Shown: in pieces, positions 46,981 through 60,422 of the stretch | How positions within the stretch are numbered: position 1 is the stretch's first letter | Layout of the letters: every line of letters starts with the position of its first letter | NCBI GenBank assembly: GCA_000388065.2 | Contig: KB932201.1 | Length of the DNA: 64,000 nucleotides | DNA from: Fonticula alba ATCC 38817 | Lineage: Eukaryota > Protista > Nucleariida | Direction: 5' to 3' (one strand) | Program-made: the position numbers and the translations under genes | Notes under the pieces: generated by a model | The model's input: the letters and a program-made list of their open reading frames with translations, nothing else | Database searches by the model: none | What the model was told of the DNA's origin: nothing

Positions 46981-49900
46981 AGTATCAGCAAGGTGGAGAG
47001 GAGGGAGAGGGGAGGAAGAGGAGAGGAGGGAGGAGAAGTGCTTGGACGCGGGGGGGGGGGGGGATCATGAGGGGGTCTGTCAAGGCGATGCTCTTGGGCA
47101 CAGGGCCCCGTGCAGGTTGCCCAAGAGGCGGGGAAAAAAAAAAAACAAATGAAGAGAGACAGGCCGCCGAGTGAGGGGGCCGTGAAAGGTCACATCCCGG
47201 AGAGGAATGGACCGAGAGGAGGAACCAGGGCGCCGGGAAATCGCGCGCGAAGTAGCCCGGAGGGCGCCGGAGATCGCCCGGCCAGCAGGACCGCGCCACC
47301 GATCGGCGTTTGCGAACTGATACTCCATGTGGCGTGATCCGACATGGGCGTGATCGGATATTATTGAAATATCCGACATCGTGGCGCTGGCGCTCCACCG
47401 TCTTCCGGTGGGCTTACATAAGGCGGGTCCCCGGGGGGCGGGCGATTTTTGACTAGAATAGCGCTCACTATTCAGGGGCCGGATCTCGCGGCCCGGGGGC
47501 GAGGTCCGGCGTTTGTCCCGCAATCGGCGCCGGGGCAGGCCCCCGGCCGGGTCCCTGTTGCCGCCTCCCTCACCACAGCGCGGGGCGAGCTGGGCGGAGG
47601 CGGCTCGCCCGGCACGAGCGAGGAAACCCGAGGGGGCGGGGGGAGAGACGCTCCCGGGAAACTTCGGGCCCCGAGCGCCGGGGACCTCCTGGCAAACTCG
47701 CCGAGCAGGCGAGAAGAAGGCAAACGGGGTAATAAATATTCCCCGATGTTAATATCCTGTGTCGCTGGTGGTCGGATATCGTGCGGCGCGGGACTATTTC
47801 GGGCTCGGATTCATCCGGCGGTGTTCTTCCCCCCGCTGGCGGCTGTAGCCAGGTAGTAAAGCGCCGTCCGGCTGTGTGTGAGTGTGTATGTGTGTGTGTG
47901 TCGTCCTGGCCGCCTGGGGTACTCTGGTCTGGCACCGGGCGGCGACCTTCCATCCTGCCTGCCAGCAGACATGTGCCTCTTACTGGCCTGCCAGATGTCG
48001 CCCGAGGGGGCTGGGCGTGGCTGCGCAATCCCACGATCGGCGCCACCTCTCTGTCGAGACCCTTCTGTGCCGGTCCCCTCCCCCCCCCATTCCCATCTGC
48101 GCCCATGCGCATGCACGCTTGCAAGGGGAGTTCATGGGCCGGGCGGGCCCTTGCAACGGCCGTACACCACGGCGCGCGGCCTCTACCTGTACCCCCCCCC
48201 CCCGCATCGTCGGATTATCTTCGGCTATCGCACTGTTTTTTCGTCAGTCTCGCCAGGTGTGGACCGGAGGAATGCCCCTCATTCTTTGGTCGCGCCCCCC
48301 CCCCCCCCCCCCGGCACAGGCAGGCGGGCCCAGGCCCAAGGGAGAGGCGCGGGGTTCCCCAGATGGCCCGTGCGCCTCCACCCCGGTTCCCGGTCTGCCA
48401 CCCTTTTCCCAGGCGCCGGGGGCGGGGGGGGGGGCCGGCAGCCACACTTGTGCACCCGGCCCCCGTGCGTCGCGCCTGTTCCCGCCTGCGCTTCTCAGGT
48501 GGGGCACGAAATTTCCAGGCCGGCCCTCGGGGCTGGGCGAGGGCGGGGTCTTGCGCCCCAAACACGAGGCCCACGGGCGGTCCCCATCAGCAGCCCTCGC
48601 CGGCAGCCCCCCACCTCCCCGTGGTACCCCCGCGAGCCTTGCGCCGCGCCACTCCCCCCCCCCCCCCCTCGCCCTGTTGTGCCGTGGCGAGGTGGAACAG
48701 CACGAGGGGCAAAGAGGGACCACCGCGCCGGCGCAACGCCCCGCGGATGCCCACGGATCTTACGCACGCTCTTCAACAAGCGCGGAGCACCTCCCCCAAC
48801 CCCTGGGCTGGGGGATTCCTGGACGGTGTTCCTCCCCCCCCGAGCGTGTCGGTCTCGGCGGACGCGAGTGGCGGGCCCTCCGGCCGGCTGTTGTCCGAGG
48901 GATGTGCCCATGTATGCGCCTATGCGCCTATATGCCTGTGTTCCTGTGTGCCTGTGTGTGTGTGTGGGGAGGGGGGGGGGGGGAGTGTCCTGCATGTTCG
49001 CCTGGGCTGGTGCTTACGGGTGCATTGTGCACGCGTGCATGCGTTCGGTCCCCGGGGGGATACGCCGAGGGTTTCGAAATCGTGCGATCCTCGTGCCGGG
49101 GCAGGGGGTCGGTGCGTTCTCCCCAGGGGGCACACAGGCCCCGGCGTGTTGTTGTTTCCCTCGCTCCGGCGGCCCTCCTTTGCCGGCCCCTTCTCCCGGG
49201 CGCGGCTGTAATCCGCCCGGCGAATTACCAGCACAGGGACGATCGATTATATAATCACCGACGCGCGTCCCTCCGGCTGTTTGCCCCGTCTGGCTTCGGC
49301 CCGGGTGCTGGCCTCCCTGGCTCTTGGTTCCACCGTGGCCCGAGCACGTCGCTCCTTTTTTCTCGCGCTCTCTCTCTCTCTCTCTCCCTCCTTTACGGCC
49401 GTCCGCTTGCCGTTTCCCCCACGCGCGCGGCCTTCCTCTGCATGTGTATTTCGACTTCAGCATGTAGGTCGGCCGCTGATCAGCACTGCCTCGCGACCAC
49501 GTCACCGACTTCAGGGCTTCCAAACGGTCGATGGAGAGGAGGCACGGCGGCTGAGTGTGTCCGCCCACGCCACCACCCTGCGTGCCTGGGGTGGGGGGGG
49601 GNNNNNNNNNNNNNNNNNNNNNNNNNNNNNNNNNNNNNNNNNNNNNNNNNNNNNNNNNNNNNNNNNNNNNNNNNNNNNNNNNNNNNNNNNNNNNNNNNNN
49701 NNNNNNNNNNNNNNNNNNNNNNNNNNNNNNNNNNNNNNNNNNNNNNNNNNNNNNNNNNNNNNNNNNNNNNNNNNNNNNNNNNNNNNNNNNNNNNNNNNNN
49801 NNNNNNNNNNNNNNNNNNNNNNNNNNNNNNNNNNNNNNNNNNNNNNNNNNNNNNNNNNNNNNNNNNNNNNNNNNNNNNNNNNNNNNNNNNNNNNNNNNNN

Positions 49901-50721
49901 NNNNNNNNNNNNNNNNNNNNNNNNNNNNNNNNNNNNNNNNNNNNNNNNNNNNNNNNNNNNNNNNNNNNNNNNNNNNNNNNNNNNNNNNNNNNNNNNNNNN
50001 NNNNNNNNNNNNNNNNNNNNNNNNNNNNNNNNNNNNNNNNNNNNNNNNNNNNNNNNNNNNNNNNNNNNNNNNNNNNNNNNNNNNNNNNNNNNNNNNNNNN
50101 NNNNNNNNNNNNNNNNNNNNNNNNNNNNNNNNNNNNNNNNNNNNNNNNNNNNNNNNNNNNNNNNNNNNNNNCGCCCCCTCCGCCTGCCTGGTACCTGTTC
50201 TTTTTCGGATCTCCGGCCAGGAGTGGCTCGTGGCGAAGGCGTGGGGTGAGCCTCCCGAGCGATCTCGCCACCTCGCCCCCCCCCGCCTCGAGCGCTGCGC
50301 CCTTTGAAGAGACCCATCCCCCCTGGCCTGTTCCCAGAGAGGGCAATTCCTCTCTCAACATTCCCCCGACTCGCCCCCCACCCCCCCTCCCCTGCCCCAT
50401 CGCCTCTCCTCAGATTGATCCCCCCTCCCCCTCTCTTCCCCCCTCCCTCTCGCCGCATCGCCGTGAGAATGTCCGTCTCCCCTCCTCCCTCGCACCTCCC
50501 CCGCCCTTCCTCGTCTTTCCTCTGCCCTTTGCGAGCGCTCGCGTGAGCTGACACCCCTCTCCCGCTCCCTCCCTGCTCCTCGCTCCTTCTTCGTCCCTCT
50601 TTGTGCCCCCCCCCCTCTCCCTCTCGCACAGGCACCATCCGCCCTTGTGCCCCTCCCACGTTTGATCACTCCACCACACATCCTACGACCCCCTTCTCGC
50701 ACCTATCCACCCCTCCGCAAT

Positions 50722-53250
50722 ATGGCCACAGCAGCGAGCTTTGCCGGCCTGGAGCAGGCACGCGGGCGCAGCCCCGCGACTGTCCCCCGGCAGAAGCCCC
50801 GCGATGGCCGCCGCCACCAGTTCTGCTGGGAGCACCTCCAGGAGGAGATGGGCGGCCCGGCCAGCTGCTCGCCATCCTCATCGGACCTCCGTGTCGCCGC
50901 GGCCGCGGCCACCGCCGCCCCGGCTCCCCAACGCCAGCCCTGCCGACTGTCGGACATCCTTGCCAAATTGCTGCCCTTCTGCCCCCAGGCCTCGGCCCTG
51001 GGGACCACGGCGGCGGCGGCCTCGACCCGCGCCCCTGGCTCCCGGTCTCGGGCCCCTGCATTTCCCCCTGGCCCGGCCATTGCCGCCGTGGTGCCACACC
51101 TTGCCAGCTTGGCTCTGTCTTCCTTGACCGGGGCCGGCTCCACCGCCGACCCTGGCCCCCGGTCGACCACCGCCGCCGGCCCGACTGTGGCCCCGGCTCC
51201 AGGCACCACCACGCCCGGTGTCCTGTCCACTCTGTCCACCCTTGGCACCCTGCCCTTATCGGAGCTGGTCGACTGTTCCCAGGACATTCGTACTTCCTGC
51301 TTCGATTGGCTGGCCGACAGTCGGACCCTCTCCCTTCGCGGCCGCGGCTTGACCAAGCTTCCCCTGCGCATCCTGGAGGCCTTTCCCCAAGCCCGGCGCT
51401 TGGACCTCAGCGAGAATGCCCTGAATTTGAACCACTGCACGGTCGACTGGTCGACGCAGGTTTCCCGCTCGGCCGATGCCACCGCCGGCCCCGGAATGAC
51501 CACCACCCTGCGCAGCCTCTTTCCCGAGCTCGAGTGGTTGGACATTAGCCGGTCGGATTTGTCGGCCTGGCCCCGGTGCGGTGTGGCCGGTCCCTCTGCT
51601 GCCCCTGCGCCGGGGGACTCGTCGTCCGTGCCGGCGGCCGCCCCCCCGGCCGGGCCTTCCTCTGTGTCGACCGAAACTCTGGCCGCCCCTCCGGCGTCCA
51701 TCTGTCGTTGTCGCTCATTCTGGGTCTTCCCCTCGACGCTGCGGCATCTGCGTCTGGCTGGGTGCAATCTAACCAGCCTCTCGGATCTCGGCCTGCAGCA
51801 GCTCCCCCAATTGGACACCCTGAACCTGGCTGGCAATCGCCTGGTCTATCTGGACCAGGACTTCACCCAGCTCTCGCGGCTGGCCCACCTGAATGTTTCG
51901 GACAACCACCTGGAGCACTTGACCCTGGCCACGCCCTTTTCCACGGTGTGTCGATGCGGCCGCCCGCGCTTGGCCCCCCCGGGGCCGGATGGGTTTGGGT
52001 CCCTCGTGCGCAATCGCCTCGAGACCCTGGCGCAATTGCAAACGCTCCTGGTCGCCGGGAATCGCTTGACCGACCTGCCGGCGAGTCTTTCGGGCCTTGC
52101 CCAGCTGGAGGTCCTCCATGCCAGTGGCAATCGCATTCGCGCGCTTCCGGCCTCCTTTGGCGATCTGACTCGCTTGAAGGTGCTCAACCTGTCGCGCAAC
52201 CTCCTCGCCGCGCTGCCTTCCCGACTGCTGTTGGCCACGCACCTGGAAATCCTCCACCTCGAGGACAATCCCCTGGTGCCGGTGCACCGGCCTCTCGGCC
52301 GCATCACCCCGGCCGGCACCGTGGAGCTGGTTTCTCTCCCGCGTGTGGCGCTTTTCCCCCATTCGGCGGCAATCCGTGCCGCCCGTCCCAATGGCATCGG
52401 CCACCAGGAGGAAGAGACGGCCGATGGTTCTCCGGGCCCGGAAGCTACCATCGATGTTCCGCTGCTTCGGACCCGGGACCTCAAGGCTCTCGAGCAGACC
52501 CCGGCCGTTGCCTCCACCAAGCGCCAGCTCCCGGCAGAGGACTGGCTCCTTCCGGATGTCGGTTCGGCGACTGTTGGCACCCTGGCCACCACTCCGCTGG
52601 CCAAAGCTCCCCGCCTTGCCACGGGCTTCCCCCCTCCTTCCCGGCCTTCTGGGCCCCTGTCGACCGATCAACTTCTGGCCCTGGTTGGTGGCCGCAGCGA
52701 CATCCGGATGTCCGCTTCGGCGTCCTCTCCCACCGCCAGTGGGCTGGGAACCGCCGCCGCCGCCGCCGCGGCCACCGTCGGCAGTCGTTGGCTTCCCTCC
52801 TCCGATCCGGCTTCCCTCCTTGGCCGAGTGGCTGTTGCGGCTGCCTCCCGGCTACGGTCCTCCTCCTCCTCCTCCTCCTCCTCCTCCTCCTCCTCCTCCA
52901 CCGCCCCCCCCTCCCGTGTGAGCGATGGATCGCTTGTTGGCGGCCTGTCTGCCCGCTTGGACCGCCTGTTGGCCGATGACCCGGTCACCTGCGCCACCTG
53001 TCATCGGGAATTTCTCCTTCGTGACTTGTTAGACTGCGTGCATGCCGGCTCTTCGGCATACACCGGACCGCGGCACTCCTTCCGCGGTGTTCCCCGCGAG
53101 CTGGCTCTCGCCTTTTCGCCTGTTCACATTCTTCCGGTGGACTTCGCCACGGCCTGTGCCGTGCCGATGGTCTTGGCCACCTGCTCGGCTGCCTGTGCTG
53201 CCGGCATCCTCCGCCCGGCCGATGCTACTCTTGACATGACGGCTGTCTTT

Positions 53251-53281
<31 letters not shown>

Positions 53282-53925
53282 ACCTCGCCACCCGGGCCAC
53301 CCCGTTGCGTGTCACCGAGTCCCTGGTGGAGGAGTGGATTGCCGAGCACTTTGCCGATTCCCCCCCGAGCCACCGGGAATCCCTGCGCTTCCTGCTGCAG
53401 CCCGGGAATGCCGCTGCTTTGGCCAACTGGGGCCGGCTACTGCGCATCCGCAAGGCACATTGGCCCTCGGCCGCTGACCCGGGGCTCCTGAACCAGTTGC
53501 TGTCTTCCACACTTGGCGGATCCCATTGGTCGCAGTGCTCTTCGGTGGCGGTTTCGGGCGGCCTGGCCTCCGGTGTCCCGGTGCCAGCCACTCCGCCCTC
53601 TTCTCCGTCGGCGGGCGCCGGCATCGCTTTTTCTTCCCTCCCCCTGCAGTCGGCCAAGTGCTCGATTCTTTCGTGCTACATCAATGTCATGGGCCAAGCT
53701 GTCCCCTCGTCGGCGAACGTGTCCTCGTTGGCGGCTACCCCTCCCCCGTCTTCCTCATCTGGCGAGGAGGAGGACGAGGATTGGGAAGCAGCGGTGTTTG
53801 TCCACGAGGGACAGATGTCGCAACAGGTCCCGGATGCACGGGCTCCTTCTCTCACCTGCTTTGACCGGGCGCTCCTCCATCAGTTCCTTTTTACGGAGAA
53901 GCAGTCCCGTGAGTCGACAGTGTGA
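50722..53925 (+). CDS. Intronless leucine-rich repeat protein (1067 aa) with a C-terminal Cys-rich motif
   Basis: Single open frame with about 10 LxxLxLxxN repeats (e.g. LDTLNLAGNRL, LAHLNVSDNHL, LQTLLVAGNRLTDLP, LEVLHASGNRI, LKVLNLSRNLL, LEILHLEDNPL), followed by CATC...CSAAC. Confidence 0.88.
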
Positions 53926-54445
53926 TGTGTCGGTGGAGGAGCCAATCATCCCCCCTCCCCTCCCTCCTCCCCGTTCCACCCTGCCCATTACCACGCAGAT
54001 GTGCTCCCCCTGGTGGGGGCAGCCAGGAGGAGGAGGCTACGAGGCCGAGTGTAGAAAGTGCGGGCATGTACCCGGGGGAGGAAGACTCTCAGCTTCCCCC
54101 CTTTCTCGTCGGGCTTCGGTTGTGTGGCCCGCGCGCTCCCTGTTTTGTCCGTGTGTGTGTGTGTGTGTATGTGTGCCCCCCCCCCACCCCCCAGCCACGG
54201 TGTACTTCCTGATGACTTTCCGGCTTCCTGCTCCTCTCTTCCTCGTTTTCCCACTCTCCCTCCCCTTCTGCGTTTCGGCGCGTAGAGCGGGTCTCTACAC
54301 CCCCCCCCCCTCCTCTCCTGTACATTAGTTCAATATATCTCCCCTTCTCCCCGTGTGCCCCGCCTTTCACCAGCCTTGGAGGTAGGCGAGAGAGACGTGC
54401 TTGGTCACCGCGCCCCAAGTTAAGCCGAGGACATCTTAACGGGCG

Positions 54446-54455
54446 GTCACGTGAC
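54446..54455. promoter_or_regulatory. Palindromic extended E-box GTCACGTGAC upstream of RPN11
   Basis: Perfect 10-bp palindrome matching the bHLH-zip (USF/TFE/Cbf1-type) site, about 650 bp upstream of the RPN11 ATG. Function not shown. Confidence 0.3.
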
Positions 54456-55017
54456 GGCACCCACTGTTCCGTATCTTATGTGAGACGTCAGTTCCTCGCC
54501 CTTTCTGCTCCGGGCGGCCGGCCCCTTTTTCCCCGGGGGCCCCTTGGTGTGTTCTCCCGGTGACCGCCATTTGTCAACACGTCTCTAGTGGGAGTGCGAA
54601 CTTCCGGCGTCCGGTCCCCGTCCCCGTCTTCTGGTCTTTCCAGTAAACCGGCCGCAGCTTTCCCGAGAGGGGGGGGGGGGGAATTTGCTAGTTCGTTTGA
54701 ATGGCTCTCCCTTCGGAGTTACGCAAGTAGGCCTGTTTGAGTGGAGATCCGCCTCCCGCTGGCTTGTCCCTTCCTTTCGGCTATCCCAGGCGGGAGGGGG
54801 GGCTCAAATCGGAGTGCCCTTTCTGACAGGGGTGTCGATGACCCTTGTGGCATCCCTCTTCGCTTGTTTCTCCCCCTCCCCTTTTCCCCTCCCGACCTTC
54901 CCTTCCTTCCCTCCCCCCCCCCTTCTCCTTTTTCCGTCTTTGTGGTGATCTCCCCCGCCCGCCGCCCCTGTTTCAGGTGCGCCCCCGGCTGCTCGCACAC
55001 TCCTTCTCCTTCGCCCG

Positions 55018-55070
55018 GCCGACCGACCGACCGACCGACCGACCGACCGACCGACCGACCGACCGACCGA
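55018..55070. repeat. (GACC)n tetranucleotide repeat just upstream of the RPN11 start codon
   Basis: About 13 tandem GACC units. Confidence 0.9.
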
Positions 55071-55109
55071 CTGACCCCCACCCCCCGCCATCTCGCCCCT
55101 TGTGCAGCC

Positions 55110-56382
<1,273 letters not shown>

Positions 56383-59300
56383 GGAGAGGGCGGCTGTCGG
56401 ATGCGCGCATAAGCGCGACAGCGCCAGCCAGCGGCCAAGAGGCATGACACTGTGCAGCAGCGGAGCATGATCATCCGGAAGGTTGCATGCCGCGCGCGCG
56501 CGTGTGTGTATTTCATCGCCTGGCAAGATGGTTTCCCCTCCCCCTTCCCCCCTTTCTCCCCTTGCTGCGAGAGGGCATCGTCTCGGGTCCCTCCTCCTGC
56601 CCGGCTATTACCACCCCCTCCTCCCTGCCCGGGCGCATTTGTGTGGCCACCATCATGGGCAAAGCGTAAAACAAAATAAACATACTTCTCCTCCCTTTGT
56701 CGCTTCCACATTTTCTTTCCCTCCTCCTTCTTCCCCTCCTTCTTCCCAACACGGCGATATAATCATATGTTCCCATGCGCCGTCCCGCTGACTCTCCCCC
56801 TCTCTCTTACTTCCTTTCTTTGTCCTAGACCGCGCCTCGTCATTCCCCCCATGGTGGCTTTTCTCTCCGCTGTGCAGGCTTGGGGTGTTCTTGGCAAATT
56901 GCGTTGCGAGAGGGCTCCCTCTGTGGGGATGGAGGACTGGGCCACCCGCGAGATAGGTCCCGTGACTATCACATGCATTCCATCACACGATCGGGAGACA
57001 TTCGATCGTGGGCTTTCCACAGGGGACGCTTGAATGTCTGTGCGTGTGTTGTGTGTTGTCTGTTTGCGCAAGTGTGCGCACGCGCGCGCGTGTGTGTGCG
57101 TGTGTGCGCGCGCGCGCATCCGCGGCCAGCCGATTAACAGCTTTCCAACTTGCCTGTCGGGGAGAAGGGCATGTCTGTGCTGTCGTTGGTTTCTGGACTT
57201 TCTGACCCGGGAGGCCTCGGGAAGGCGACCCTCCTTCCAGAAGAGACACCGAAGAGGACATGGGGATGTGTCTTGACTCGTCGCCAGTCAGCCTCCAGTG
57301 AATCCGGTCGCCTGGTCTATTCGGGACTTCCGCTCCCTTGCAGAGTTCTTTCACTGGATTTGGTCGGTGCCCATGTTGCAGGCGTATGGGTGGGCAAGGG
57401 TACACTGTTGCGGGGAATTAATGCACCCCGGAGGGTGAGGACAAAATGCGCCCAGGCCACAGGCAGGCCATGGGGCCGGTTGATCCGGGATCCGGGACCG
57501 ATGCTCGGGTCTCTGCGACGCCCATGTTTCCTCTAGGCTGGGGAGTGGGGGGGGGGGGGGGGGGGCCTGCAAGTGCCCCTTGCGGTCTTCAGCTCTTTTT
57601 TGGACGAAAGGCCGGCCAGGCCCACTTGAGAATGTGTTTTGCGTAACGCCGCATGCGCTTGGGGAGCCCCCCCACTCCCCCCCCCTCCGCCCGGCGAGCA
57701 GCACAAACGAGGCGGGGAGAGGGGCTTGCCTTTTCGTTGAGGACCGTTTCCAGGATGATATGGCTTTGGGGCCATTGACACTGGCTCCGGTGGGAGTCCG
57801 CCGCATTTGCTGCACCTGGGCGAGCTACTTTCAGGAAAGCTATCCCGGGATCGGGTTCAGCGGGAGGAAATGCCTGTTCTCGATGCATCTCGGGCCGGGC
57901 GGACTCCGCCAAGGGGCAACTCCTCGGGGTCCCGGCGCGAGCGAAGAAGATCGTGGGAGCTGAGTGGGCGTCAGAGCCCCTGTCCCTCCCTTGGCCGGGG
58001 CCCCCTCCTGCCCATGGCCCCTGCCAGCCGTCGGGCGTGAGTGTCATCTTGGCGCGTGTTGCCTAATGGTACATGATGTGGGCTCCTGTGAGCTCTGCGT
58101 CTGGTCTGCCTGTCTCTCTCCCTCTCGCTGACACTATGCCTCTCCCAGTTCGGGCGGGGGGGGGGCATGTATGCAGCCGCGAAGGCGCTTTGTTTCTTGC
58201 GATCGGTTCAGCCTCGCCAACTGACTGAGGTCGGTCTCGGGTGACTGGGGCCCGACCCCGGACAGAAGAAGAGCCCGACCGCGGAGGGCATCTTTGGAAG
58301 GGCGCACCCGGAGGAATGCCCTGTGGCTTGGCGGGTGGGGCGGTTCCTTGACTGTCGAGGATTCACCTCGGTGTCTCTTTGCCCAAATGTTCCCAGACAG
58401 GACCCCGGGAGTCCGAAGTCCGGCGGGGATCGGTGTTGTCGGACCAGGCGCGCCGACGCTACGTCCGTTTGTCGATTGCCAGGGTCCCAGTTTTTGGCCA
58501 TGGGTGTGGGGTCCAGCCCAGACAGGGTCGGTGGCGGGGGGCGGGGCGGGAGCTTCCTGTCGCCAAGATTGCGTCCCGTCGCCTAGCTCTCGCGGACGGC
58601 AGGCGTCTCGGGGCGGGCAATGGGAGGGGTCTGGCGAGGGGGCAGAAGACGCCGGGTGAAAAGAACCCCTGGGCCGCCTCCTGTCCCGAGCGCTGGCGGG
58701 GCCAGTCTAGCCTGAAGGCATGGGCATGATTGCTCTTTCCTCCTTACAATGCGCGTGCCGCCTATCGAAGGCGGGCGCCGATGACTTTGCCGGTGACCAG
58801 ACAATGGGACGTGATGGACGGACGGACGGACGGACGGAAGTGTATATGTGTGTGCGTGGCTGGCGGTCGTGTGCGACGAAGTGCCCCCTTGTCCCGAATA
58901 GCACATGATTATCGAGCTCGCAACCACAGCGAAGAGGCGAGCAAACATCATGGCCGAGGGCCCCCGCCAGTCGCGAGGTGCATGCTTCCGGTGCCACAGA
59001 TCTCCCTTTCCCAAGAGCGCGGTCAGCACGCGACCAGCCAAACGGCCCGACATCCATTCGGCGTGGCGCTCGTAGGGCTCGTGCTTAAGCAACGGGCCTG
59101 GTGGCTTGGCAGGGGGATGCATTTGGGGATCTGTGAAGGGAAAGCTGAATTCCTGGGGGGGGGGGAAGCAGGGCTCCGCAGGACCAGGCATGAAGTGTCA
59201 GACCTCCCTCTTTCCCGCCGGGACCCGGCTTCCGGCCCATGGATTCTGTCAAGTGCCCCGAAGTTGCGGCCATCTGTCTGTCTGTCCGTCGGTCGATCGG

Positions 59301-59811
59301 TCGATCGGTCGGTCGTTCGGTCGGTCTAGCTGACTGAAGGCATGTGCGAAGGATGCACTCATGTCTTCGTGCACATGTGTTCATGGGAGAGGGAAGCAGG
59401 GGCGCTTTCCGTGGGACCGGAGCCCCGGCCCCATGGACCGCGTGGGGCGGGGCGCGTGCGGTGGCGGGCTCCCCATCCCGCGCCAGGATCTGCCCAAGCG
59501 AATGCGCATCCTGGGCACCCCCTCGCGTTCTCGCCGGGAGGAGAGCGGGGGACAATTGGACCCTTTGGTCGCTTGGTAACTGTGCCGAGCTTGAGATCAT
59601 GGGCGGAACGCCATGGGACCGGCTCATGGTGCGCGAGGACAGCCGGTTTCAGCCTCCCGGATGCAAGGGCGACGCGCTGGCCCGCCTCGACCGTTCCGTT
59701 GCTGGGGCCATATATATCTGTGCGTATCTGTGCGGGTGCGTGCGTGCGTACGCGCGTGCGTGTGTGTGTGTGTGTGTGTGTGCGGGGGGGGGGGGGGGGG
59801 GNNNNNNNNNN

Positions 59812-59842
<31 letters not shown>

Positions 59843-60383
59843 GGGCGACGGGCGACGGAGCGCGGCTCGAGCGCATCCCACCAGCACCAACGGAGTAACA
59901 GAGATTTTGAGGCCCATGGCTCTGCCCACCAAGGGTGCCAGCCAATCCAGCTACCGGGCGCATCCTTGCGGGATCATTTCTGGCCACCGTTCCACGGGGA
60001 GGGGACCATGCAGGGGAAGACACCAACCTTTCCGGGAGGATGGATGGGGGGCTGACTTCAAGCGAAAAGGGCCCCGAGGTGCAGGGGATTCCCGGGTCCA
60101 GACCATCGAGTGCGCACCGCCGACCGACATGGCGCACTACGCGCCCCCCGGTGCCCCCACTAGCCTACCCCCGGGGGTCCGTCCCGGGAGGGCCCATCCC
60201 TGGCCGATGGAAGGGGCGCTGACGATGCAATTGCGCTGCCCCGGAGGGAGGGGGCCGGCAGGGCCAGGGAGTGGCGCCAAAGTGCGTGAGACCTCCCCCA
60301 TGATTCCTCGACCTGTGTATGTCCCTGGGCAGCATCACAATCGGATACACACAGCCAGTGAGGAGGTCGAGAGAGAGTGAGGG

Positions 60384-60422
<39 letters not shown>

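Noticed and set aside
47882-50551. 889-aa ORF upstream of the LRR gene
   Set aside because: Stays open only by reading through a 570-nt N-gap and low-complexity GC sequence.
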